64,000 nucleotides of DNA from Desulfohalobiaceae bacterium (GTDB lineage: Bacteria > Desulfobacterota > Desulfovibrionia > Desulfovibrionales > Desulfothermaceae): positions 46,787 through 110,786 of the forward strand of contig JBKGXZ010000001.1 of the NCBI GenBank assembly GCA_046546355.1, in the 5' to 3' direction. This document shows positions 47,382-55,220 of this stretch, in pieces. The translations under genes were made by a program, and so were the position numbers. A model generated the notes under the pieces. The model did not search any database. It was not told where the DNA came from and saw only the letters and a program-made list of their open reading frames with translations. How positions within the stretch are numbered: position 1 is the stretch's first letter; every line of letters starts with the position of its first letter.

Positions 47382-47835
47382 GGGCACCCTTGAGCAGGCG
47401 GTTTTTAAGACCCAGCAGGATCAGCCACAGCAAAGGCAGGGCCAGGACCGTCTGCAGGGACTGCTCCAGGAGCAGCTGCCTGGAGACTTCCAGCTCCTGC
47501 AGACTGCTTAGCAGGTACAGGCAGAGGTACTGCCAGAGTCCGGCAAAAGTAGATATCAGGAATATAAACAAAAAGCCCCTGGTGTCCAAGAGGTTTTCGG
47601 TATAATAGAAAAGCAGGATCAGGCCCGAGTACCAAAGCAGGGAAGTCCCGAAGTATAGACTGCCTGAGCCCTCCTGGATCAGGATCCAAAGGGGCAGCAA
47701 CCAGCTCAGCCTGGACAGCTTTTGCTCCTGCAGGAGCAAAAGCAGGGCGGGGGCGAAAAGGTCCGGCCCAGGGAATAAGCTCTGCAGCCAAACCGCAGCC
47801 ACTGTATACAGGATCCAGAATAACGCAGCAGGCAT
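47374..47835 (-). CDS. mreD: rod shape-determining protein MreD
   Basis: 153-aa polytopic hydrophobic protein located between mreC and mrdA. Confidence 0.7.
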   Translation of the reverse strand: MPAALFWILYTVAAVWLQSLFPGPDLFAPALLLLLQEQKLSRLSWLLPLWILIQEGSGSLYFGTSLLWYSGLILLFYYTENLLDTRGFLFIFLISTFAGLWQYLCLYLLSSLQELEVSRQLLLEQSLQTVLALPLLWLILLGLKNRLLKGAHV

Positions 47836-47837
47836 GC

Positions 47838-48689
47838 CTAATTCTCTTCCTGCTGCTCCTGGGCAGCCCCCTGGGGCCTCAAGAGCAGGACCTCCTCCAG
47901 GTTTTCCAGCTCAACCAGCGGCTTGGCCAGCACCTGCTGGAACAGCGAGAGTTCAGAATGGCTGACCTGATCTACCTGGGCTACAGGCAGGCCCTTGGGG
48001 AAGATCCCCCCCAGCCCGGAGGTTACCAGATGTTCCTGACTGAAGAGTGGCGCATTTCGGCCGATGTACTTGGCCTGCAGGGGGGCGTTTATGCCCTGGC
48101 CCTGCAGGATAGCGTTATTCCGGGTCTCCTGGGTCCGGACCGGGATGTGGCTGTTGGGATCGGTCAAGAGCAGGACAGTGGAGAAGTTGAAGCTGGTCTT
48201 GTGCACCCTGCCTACGACTCCCTTGGGGGTCACAACAGGCATATCCTGGCTTATTCCCTGGCTGGATCCCTTGTTGATCATGAACGTCTGCAACAGGGAA
48301 TTGGGCCCCATGCGATAGCCGATGATCCTGGCGGCTTCAAAGTCCCAGCCTTCTGGAGGGCTAAGCTGGAGCAGGGAGCGCAACCTCTTGGCTTCTGTTG
48401 CCTTGCTCTGCAGCTTGGCCAGGCGCAAACGCAGCTCTGAGAGCTCCTGCTGCAGCCTCTGGTTTTCCTGCTGCACCCCTTGCAGGTAGATGTACCTGGA
48501 CCAGAACTCCTGGGCCTGGTGATGCAGCCATTTCCCAGGGCTCAAGGCCCAGCCCACAAACTCCAGCCCTGTATTGCTGGCCAACTGGTCCAGATGTCCG
48601 GTGTTCCAGTTCCAGGTATACAAGCTAAGGTACAGGATTATGGGTGTTAGGAAAATTATCAGTAAGCTTTTAGACTTGGAAAAGGGCAA
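47838..48689 (-). CDS. mreC: rod shape-determining protein MreC
   Basis: N-terminal TM, a coiled coil (ENQRLQQELSELRLRLAKLQ) and a beta-barrel region (VVTPKGVVGRV, VTSGLGGIFPKGLPVA). TTG start 1 nt after the mreB stop. Confidence 0.85.
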   Translation of the reverse strand: MPFSKSKSLLIIFLTPIILYLSLYTWNWNTGHLDQLASNTGLEFVGWALSPGKWLHHQAQEFWSRYIYLQGVQQENQRLQQELSELRLRLAKLQSKATEAKRLRSLLQLSPPEGWDFEAARIIGYRMGPNSLLQTFMINKGSSQGISQDMPVVTPKGVVGRVHKTSFNFSTVLLLTDPNSHIPVRTQETRNNAILQGQGINAPLQAKYIGRNAPLFSQEHLVTSGLGGIFPKGLPVAQVDQVSHSELSLFQQVLAKPLVELENLEEVLLLRPQGAAQEQQEEN

Positions 48690-48690
48690 A

Positions 48691-49734
48691 TCAGTCTATG
48701 GTCACTTCTTTTAGGATGTCTAGATTGTCCAAGACTTTGCCGGAGCCGATCACCACAGTGGACAAAGGGTCGTCCACCAGACTGATGGGCAGCTGGGTTT
48801 CCTCCCTGAGCAGCTGGTCCAAGCCCTTGAGCAGGGCTCCGCCTCCGGTGAGCACAATGCCTCGATCCACAATGTCCGCAGCCAGCTCAGGCGGGGTCTG
48901 TTCCAGGGCCATGCGCACCGCCTGCACGATGCTGTCCACCTCCTCAGAGATAGCGTTCCTGATCTCCTCAGTGTTCACTGTGAGATGCTGGGGGATGCCT
49001 GAGACCAGGTCCCTGCCCTTGACCTCCATCTCTTCCTGGTCATAGTCTCCGGAAAAGGCAGAGCCGATCTTCTGCTTGATCTTCTCCGCGTTGCCCAGGC
49101 CGATCAGCATATTGTACTTGCGCTTTATGTGGTGCAGGATGGATTCGTCCATCTTGTCCCCGCCCAGGCGGATGGATTTACTGTAGACTATTCCAGCCAG
49201 GGAGATCACTGCCACCTCGGTGGTGCCTCCGCCTATGTCCACCACCATGTTTGAGGTGGGCTCGGTAATGGGCAGGTTGGCGCCTATGGCTGCGGCCATG
49301 GGCTCCTCTATCAAATACACCTCCCTGGCCCCGGCGCTTTGGGCTGATTCCTTGACCGCTCTTTTCTCCACCTGGGTGATGCCTGTGGGCACACAGATGA
49401 TGATCCTGGGCCTGACCAACCTCCTGCTGTTGTGCACCTGGGAGATGAAGTGGCGCAGCATGGACTCGGTGATCTCGAAATCCGCGATCACTCCGTCCTT
49501 CATGGGCCGCACCGCAACGATGTTCCCAGGGGTCCTGCCCAGCATGCGCTTGGCCTCGTCTCCCACGGACAAAACTTTGCTGGTGCCTTTGTTATCCTTC
49601 TTGACAGCCACCACCGAGGGCTCATTGATGACTACCCCTTTGCCTTTGACATAAACACAGGTGTTTGCTGTCCCCAAATCTATGGCTAGGTCGTTGGAAA
49701 AGGCACCTAGCAGCCTGTTGAATACATTGGCCAT
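48691..49734 (-). CDS. mreB: rod shape-determining protein MreB
   Basis: Actin-fold motifs [18 protein letters not shown] and [11 protein letters not shown]. Confidence 0.95.
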   Translation of the reverse strand: MANVFNRLLGAFSNDLAIDLGTANTCVYVKGKGVVINEPSVVAVKKDNKGTSKVLSVGDEAKRMLGRTPGNIVAVRPMKDGVIADFEITESMLRHFISQVHNSRRLVRPRIIICVPTGITQVEKRAVKESAQSAGAREVYLIEEPMAAAIGANLPITEPTSNMVVDIGGGTTEVAVISLAGIVYSKSIRLGGDKMDESILHHIKRKYNMLIGLGNAEKIKQKIGSAFSGDYDQEEMEVKGRDLVSGIPQHLTVNTEEIRNAISEEVDSIVQAVRMALEQTPPELAADIVDRGIVLTGGGALLKGLDQLLREETQLPISLVDDPLSTVVIGSGKVLDNLDILKEVTID

Positions 49735-49946
49735 AATTCCTCGCTTGCGCTAGCTGTGAAGTTTCTGTGCTTAAAATTGTCTGGACTGGCTCGCCCTGCC
49801 TGGCTTGTAAGCCCCCAAAGGGCATGCTATGTACAGTGAAGCCCAGGGCAGGAGCGTGTATCGCCCACCAGCCATTATTACAGGCTCGGACCTAAATTTA
49901 CAAGCGCAAATTCTTAGTCCTCCCGGCAAGAGTGGAGCCCGGCGAG

Positions 49947-50891
49947 ATGCATACAACACGTTTCTATTCCTTGTCCAGATATATGCGTCTGCATTACGGA
50001 AAAAGAGTGCAGAAAGTGCCCCTGGATGCCGGTCTCAGCTGCCCCAACAGGGACGGCTTGCTGTCCACCCGGGGCTGCGTGTTCTGCAATCCCGCAGGTT
50101 CGGGCACGGGATGGGCAGCCCAAGGGCTCTCGCTGCAGGAGCAGTACGAGAGATGGACCGGGATCCTGCAGCAAAAATACAAAGCCAGTTTGTTCTGGGC
50201 CTATCTGCAGTCCTATAGCAACACCTATGCCCCGGCCCCGAAGCTGGCGGCAATCCTGGAAGAGATCCAGGGCTTGCCGCAGCTGGCTGGCATCTGTGTG
50301 GGCACCAGGCCGGACTGTGTGGACCAGCAAAAGCTGCGGATCCTGGCAGGGATGGACCTGCAGGATATCTGGCTGGAGCTGGGGCTGCAGTCAGCCAGGG
50401 ACCGGACCCTGAGGCTCATCAATCGGGGCCATGACAGCGAGGCTTTTGTTCGAGCCTGCGAAATGGCAGCCGGGCTGGGGATCAAGGTCTGTGCACATCT
50501 GGTTTTGGGCCTGCCCGGGGAAGGGCTGCAGGATGTGCTCTGCAGCGTGCGCTTTTTGAATCAGTTGCCTGTTAATGGGGTTAAGCTGCACAATCTGTAC
50601 GTCTGCAGGGACACCCAACTGGCCAGCTGGTGGAGGCGAGGGGAATATCAGCCTTTGCAGCAGGCCACGTATGTCCAGTGGCTGTCCCAGGCTATAGCCC
50701 TGCTGCGTTCGGATATTGTCTTGCAGCGTCTTACCGGAGACCCGGCCTCCGGTGAGCTGCTAGCCCCGGATTGGGCCAGGCAGAAGCAGGCCACTTTGCA
50801 GGCTGTGCAGCTAAACCTGGCTGATCTGGATCTATGGCAGGGCAAGCATTGGGATGCATGGTCAAAGCCTGCTGCCTGGCTGCAAAATTGA
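49947..50891 (+). CDS. TIGR01212-family radical SAM protein
   Basis: Family-typical N-terminus (YSLSRYMRLHYGKRVQKVPLDAGLSCPNRDG...RGCVFC). The ORF track starts at GTG 49932; ATG 49947 is preferred. Confidence 0.8.
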   Translation: MHTTRFYSLSRYMRLHYGKRVQKVPLDAGLSCPNRDGLLSTRGCVFCNPAGSGTGWAAQGLSLQEQYERWTGILQQKYKASLFWAYLQSYSNTYAPAPKLAAILEEIQGLPQLAGICVGTRPDCVDQQKLRILAGMDLQDIWLELGLQSARDRTLRLINRGHDSEAFVRACEMAAGLGIKVCAHLVLGLPGEGLQDVLCSVRFLNQLPVNGVKLHNLYVCRDTQLASWWRRGEYQPLQQATYVQWLSQAIALLRSDIVLQRLTGDPASGELLAPDWARQKQATLQAVQLNLADLDLWQGKHWDAWSKPAAWLQN

Positions 50892-50968
50892 TTCCGAAAA
50901 TTGTACCTATACACCGCTACCTCGGTTTATCTGGGCATAGGAGATAGATAGTTACCGGAGATTGTGCT

Positions 50969-51457
50969 TTGACCGGCAGTCTGAGCCAGGAGACAGTGAT
51001 TCAATACCCTTTGGCCCTGCAGGCTTACTGGCAGGGGCAAAGGCTGCTTAAGCTGGAGCTTTGCTTTGCCAGTCAGTGTCCCTCCGGGCCAAAGCGATCC
51101 TGTCCAGGATCCAGGTTGGGGCAGTGCTTGCAGGACTATCTGCAGGGCAGGCAGGCAGCTGTTGCAGATCTGACCTTGGCCTGGGAGCTGCTCAGCGATT
51201 TTCAGATCCTGGTGCTCAGCAGGCTGCAGGCTGGCGTAGGCAAAGGACAGTGGATTTCCTACCAGGGTCTGGCAGAGCTGTGCGGGAGGCCCAGGGCGGC
51301 CAGGGCAGTGGGCCGGGTCATGGCCAAGAACCCCTGGCCACTGTTGGTACCTTGTCACCGGGTTCTAGCTGGGGGCGGCAAGCTGGGGGGATTTTCCAGC
51401 GGCCTGCAGATGAAGCGCTTCCTGCTTAACCTGGAAGGCATAGCCTACCAAGAGTGA
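50969..51457 (+). CDS. ogt: methylated-DNA--protein-cysteine methyltransferase
   Basis: Active-site motif PCHRV and the helix-turn-wing region (SYQGLAELCGRPRAARAVGRVMAKNP). TTG start; the exact start is uncertain. Confidence 0.8.
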   Translation: MTGSLSQETVIQYPLALQAYWQGQRLLKLELCFASQCPSGPKRSCPGSRLGQCLQDYLQGRQAAVADLTLAWELLSDFQILVLSRLQAGVGKGQWISYQGLAELCGRPRAARAVGRVMAKNPWPLLVPCHRVLAGGGKLGGFSSGLQMKRFLLNLEGIAYQE

Positions 51458-51473
51458 GGAATCAGTCCGGAGC

Positions 51474-52289
51474 TCAGGAGCTATCTTTGCCCAACATGCA
51501 GATGCCTTGCTTATCTGCGAGCTGCAAGGCTTCAGGGCGGTCGAAGAAAAGGCTCTTGCCAGCCTCTGCCACCAGACAGCTGGCCTTGGCCTGGAGCATG
51601 GTCCTCACAGTCTGCAGGCCCAGGGCGGGCTGGTCTATGTGTTCCTCCTGACCTGGCTTGAAGACCTTGAGCACAACGCAGCCAGGCCCTGCCAGCTCAC
51701 CTGCCCGGGTGATAGCTGCGTTGGTGCCCTCCATGGCTTCCACAGCCACCACCATCTTCTTCTTCACCACCAGGCACTGACCGATATCCAGCCTGCCTAT
51801 CTCCTTGGCCAGGCCCCAGCCGAAGTCTATGTCTGTTTGTTCCTGCTGGCTGGGGCTGCGCCGGGTCAAGAGCCCAGCCGGGGTGCGCAGCTCAGGCACG
51901 AAATCCAGTGGGGAGACCACCTGCAGGCCCTGCTTGCTCAAAGTGTGCAGCAAGGCCTGGAACAAGGCATTATCGTTTTTGCTCCTGGTCTGCAGCAGGA
52001 GTCTGGCTGCCTGCAGATCAGGCCTTATTGTCAGGGCCCGGGGCTTGTTTATGCTTCCAGCCAGGACCACTTCCCGGACCCGGCTTTGCTTGAGGCAGGA
52101 GATCATCCTGCCCAGCTGACCCAGGTAGACCCAGTGCAGCTGGCTGGTCCAGGGCCCTATCTCCTGGCTGGTATGGCCCTTGAAGGCCACTGTGACCACC
52201 TCTCTGCCCTGGCTTTTGGCGCCCTGGGCCACCAGCACTGGGAATTGGCCCTCTCCAGCCAGGATGCCCAATGGTTCCCTGCTGTTCAT
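51474..52289 (-). CDS. lpxI: UDP-2,3-diacylglucosamine pyrophosphatase LpxI (DUF1009)
   Basis: LGILAGEGQFP N-terminus and a D-x-P-x-(I/L)G-x-x-T-like motif (IDQPALGLQTV), positioned directly after lpxA. The ATG at 52289 overlaps the lpxA stop (ATGA). Confidence 0.75.
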   Translation of the reverse strand: MNSREPLGILAGEGQFPVLVAQGAKSQGREVVTVAFKGHTSQEIGPWTSQLHWVYLGQLGRMISCLKQSRVREVVLAGSINKPRALTIRPDLQAARLLLQTRSKNDNALFQALLHTLSKQGLQVVSPLDFVPELRTPAGLLTRRSPSQQEQTDIDFGWGLAKEIGRLDIGQCLVVKKKMVVAVEAMEGTNAAITRAGELAGPGCVVLKVFKPGQEEHIDQPALGLQTVRTMLQAKASCLVAEAGKSLFFDRPEALQLADKQGICMLGKDSS

Positions 52290-53110
52290 GGCGTGCAAGA
52301 ATTATTGGAGTTGCCCCGGCTTAAGTTTTTGGGGCTGATCACTCCCCGTTCGCTTTGCTGTATGAATTCCAGCAGCAACTGAATTTCCTGGCACTGGCCC
52401 ATCTCGCTCTGGATCCGCTGCAGGGCCTGCTCCTGCTTCAGCCCGGAACGCCAGATAAGCTTGAAGGCCTGCTTGAGCCTGGCCAGCTGCTCCTGGCTGA
52501 AGCCATGCCTCTTGAGGCCTATCTGGTTCAGGCCGTGCAGCCAGCCCCTCTCCCCGGCAACCAGCATGAAAGGAGGCACGTCCTGGGCCACTCCGGTCAT
52601 GCCTCCGATGTAGGCGTATTCTCCGATATGCACAAACTGGTGCACGGCGCACAGGCCGCCGATGACAGCATCGCTCCGGATATGGATATGCCCGGCCAGG
52701 GTGGCAGCGTTGGCCAGAACCACGCGGTCACCGAGCTTGCAGTCGTGAGCTATGTGGGCATAAGCCATGATATAGCAGTGAGAGCCCACACTGGTCACTC
52801 CGCCACCTTCCGGGGTACCCCGATTGATGGTCACGTATTCCCGGATGCAGTTCTCATCCCCGATAACCAGACTGCTCCTTTCCCCTTGGTACTTGAGATC
52901 CTGGGGTGGACCTCCCAGACAGGCATGGGCATGTACGTGATTGTTTCTCCCCAGGCTGCTCCAGGACTTGATCTGCACAAAGGGCTCTATCACGCAGCCG
53001 TCACCGATCTCGGTCTCTGCCTCCAGCACCGCGTAGGGCCCGATCTGAACATCCTGGCCCAATCTGGCCCCAGGATCCACAATTGCAGTAGGATGGATCA
53101 GCTCCGTCAT
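52286..53110 (-). CDS. lpxA: acyl-ACP--UDP-N-acetylglucosamine O-acyltransferase
   Basis: IHPTAIVDPGARLG start, left-handed beta-helix hexapeptide repeats and a helical C-terminal domain. Confidence 0.9.
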   Translation of the reverse strand: MTELIHPTAIVDPGARLGQDVQIGPYAVLEAETEIGDGCVIEPFVQIKSWSSLGRNNHVHAHACLGGPPQDLKYQGERSSLVIGDENCIREYVTINRGTPEGGGVTSVGSHCYIMAYAHIAHDCKLGDRVVLANAATLAGHIHIRSDAVIGGLCAVHQFVHIGEYAYIGGMTGVAQDVPPFMLVAGERGWLHGLNQIGLKRHGFSQEQLARLKQAFKLIWRSGLKQEQALQRIQSEMGQCQEIQLLLEFIQQSERGVISPKNLSRGNSNNSCTP

Positions 53111-53580
53111 CAGCTCTCCTCCTGCCTGGGAGCCAGCGCGGCAGTAAGCACGCCCTGGACTGCGAGGTTTTGGCCTACGCTGGCTTCGGCCTGCATCTTC
53201 CAGAGGTTCATCCTCTGCTTCAGGTAACTGACAAAGAGCATAAGCTGGTCCCCAGGATATACAGGCTTGCGGAAGCGCACCTTCTCTATGCCGCTGAACA
53301 TGAATATCCGATCTTGGGGGAGATTCTGCTGGCTTTTTAATACCAATAGGCCTCCAGCCTGGGCCAGGGCCTCTATGATCAGCACCCCGGGCATGACCGG
53401 GTATTCCGGGAAGTGGCCCTGGAAGAATGGCTCATTCAGGGTCACGTTCTTGATGGCCCTTAGTTCCTGGCCGGGGGTGAACTCCAGAATGCGGTCCACC
53501 AACAAAAATGGGTACCGGTGGGGCAAAAGCCTCAACACTTCCAGGCTCTGCAGGCCAGCTCCCTCAAGTTGTTCACTCAT
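53110..53580 (-). CDS. fabZ: 3-hydroxyacyl-ACP dehydratase
   Basis: LPHRYPFLLVDRI and FFQGHFPEYPVMPGVLIIEALAQ motifs. Confidence 0.9.
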   Translation of the reverse strand: MSEQLEGAGLQSLEVLRLLPHRYPFLLVDRILEFTPGQELRAIKNVTLNEPFFQGHFPEYPVMPGVLIIEALAQAGGLLVLKSQQNLPQDRIFMFSGIEKVRFRKPVYPGDQLMLFVSYLKQRMNLWKMQAEASVGQNLAVQGVLTAALAPRQEES

Positions 53581-54649
53581 GCTCTGAATCTCCTCCTGGA
53601 TTGAGCAGTCCGTGCAGCTCCTTCAGCTCTGACTCCAGCTTCTTGATCTTGGCATGCATCTCCGGGAGCCTGGACTTTAGAACAGCCAAGCGCAGAAACT
53701 TGGAGTGCTCCATGGCTGGGTAGCCCGAGACCTCGCTGCCAGCAGGCAGGGACTTGTTGACCCCGGATTTGGCACCCACCCTGCAGCCGTCTCCCACGCT
53801 GAGATGCCCGCCCACACCTACCTGCCCGGCCAAGACCACCTGATTGCCCAGCCTGGTGCTGCCAGCCACGCCCACCTGGGCCACTAGCACGCAATTCTCA
53901 CCTATGTGGACATTGTGGCCCACCTGGACCTGGTTATCCAGCTTGCTGCCCCTGCCTATCCTGGTCTCCCCAAAGGTGGCCCGGTCCACGCTGCTGTTGG
54001 CTCCGATCTCCACTCCATCTTCCACCACCACTTTGCCTGTCTGGGGGATTTTCTCCAAGCCCTGCTCGTGCTGGGCGAAGCCGAAGCCGTCGCTGCCCAG
54101 CACAGTGCCGGCGTGCAGGATAACGTTATTGCCCAGCACGGTCCTGGCCATCAGGCTGGCGTTGGGATAGATGGTGCAGGAGCTGCCTATGCGGCAGTCC
54201 TCACCCACATAAACGCTGCTGAACAGGGTGGAGTCTTGGCCTATCCTGGCTTTTGCCCCGATATACACAAAAGGGTATACTGTGACCCCTGGCTCCAGAC
54301 TGGCGCTGGGGTCTATGTAGGACAACTGGCTGATCCCTTGGAAGCTGCCCTGGGGCCTGGCAAAGATCTGAGCCGCCCTGGCGAAGTCCAGGTAGGGGTC
54401 TGGGCTGAGGATGGCCTCCGGGTAGAGATGAGCCAGCTCAGGCCTGAGGATTACTGCTGCAGCCCTGGTTTTTTGCAGCTGCTTGGTATACCTGGGCTGG
54501 GCCAGGAAGCTCAGCTCCCGGGTAGAGGCCTGCTCCAAGGTGTTGCAGCCTATTATCTCCAGGTCCCGGCCCTGATACTCCCGCTGCAGCCTGGTGGCCA
54601 GGGTGCTCAATGTCCAGCCCCGGGTCTGGCCTTGATTATTATTCTGCAT
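53573..54649 (-). CDS. lpxD: UDP-3-O-acylglucosamine N-acyltransferase
   Basis: N-terminal uridine-binding domain, long hexapeptide-repeat region and C-terminal helix. Confidence 0.9.
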   Translation of the reverse strand: MQNNNQGQTRGWTLSTLATRLQREYQGRDLEIIGCNTLEQASTRELSFLAQPRYTKQLQKTRAAAVILRPELAHLYPEAILSPDPYLDFARAAQIFARPQGSFQGISQLSYIDPSASLEPGVTVYPFVYIGAKARIGQDSTLFSSVYVGEDCRIGSSCTIYPNASLMARTVLGNNVILHAGTVLGSDGFGFAQHEQGLEKIPQTGKVVVEDGVEIGANSSVDRATFGETRIGRGSKLDNQVQVGHNVHIGENCVLVAQVGVAGSTRLGNQVVLAGQVGVGGHLSVGDGCRVGAKSGVNKSLPAGSEVSGYPAMEHSKFLRLAVLKSRLPEMHAKIKKLESELKELHGLLNPGGDSEHE

Positions 54650-55163
54650 CTTCCGGCCATTTCTGATCCAAGAGCTCCAGCACAGGCTCGGTAATATCCA
54701 TCTCCTGCTTGTTGTACACTAGGCCACTGTTCTGCTTATCCATGATCATGTCGTATCCGTTCTTTTCTCCGTAGTCCTGGATAATCTCCACCAGCTCCTT
54801 GATAATGGGCTCCCGCAGTTCCTTCTCCTTGGCCTGCATCCTGTTTTGATACTCCTGGTAGAGCTCCTGGAACTTCTGCACCTTTTCTCTGAACTCAGAC
54901 TCCTTGTCGCTCTGGGCCTCCTGGCTGAGGACCAGGCTTTGCTTCTGCATCTCCTCCCGCATGGAGTCCAGCTCAGACTTGCGCTCATCCAGCCTTTGCT
55001 GCAGGCCCTGGAAATTCTGCTCCAGCTTTTGGATGGCTTCCTGTCCGGGCTCTGACTCCTCCAGCACGTACTGCAGATCCACCACGCCCACCTTGAGCTC
55101 CTGGGCCTGGGCCAGGGCAGGGAGCAGGAACATCATGGCCGTGCATATCAGTAGCTTGCGCAT
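54639..55163 (-). CDS. skp: periplasmic chaperone Skp/OmpH family
   Basis: Signal peptide, a coiled-coil Gln/Glu/Lys-rich body, and a position between bamA and lpxD. Confidence 0.75.
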   Translation of the reverse strand: MRKLLICTAMMFLLPALAQAQELKVGVVDLQYVLEESEPGQEAIQKLEQNFQGLQQRLDERKSELDSMREEMQKQSLVLSQEAQSDKESEFREKVQKFQELYQEYQNRMQAKEKELREPIIKELVEIIQDYGEKNGYDMIMDKQNSGLVYNKQEMDITEPVLELLDQKWPEDAE

Positions 55164-55220
55164 TGGTTCTCCTCCGCTGTTTTTGCTTGTGTCTATTGGC
55201 TAGGATCCGGCACGAGCGGG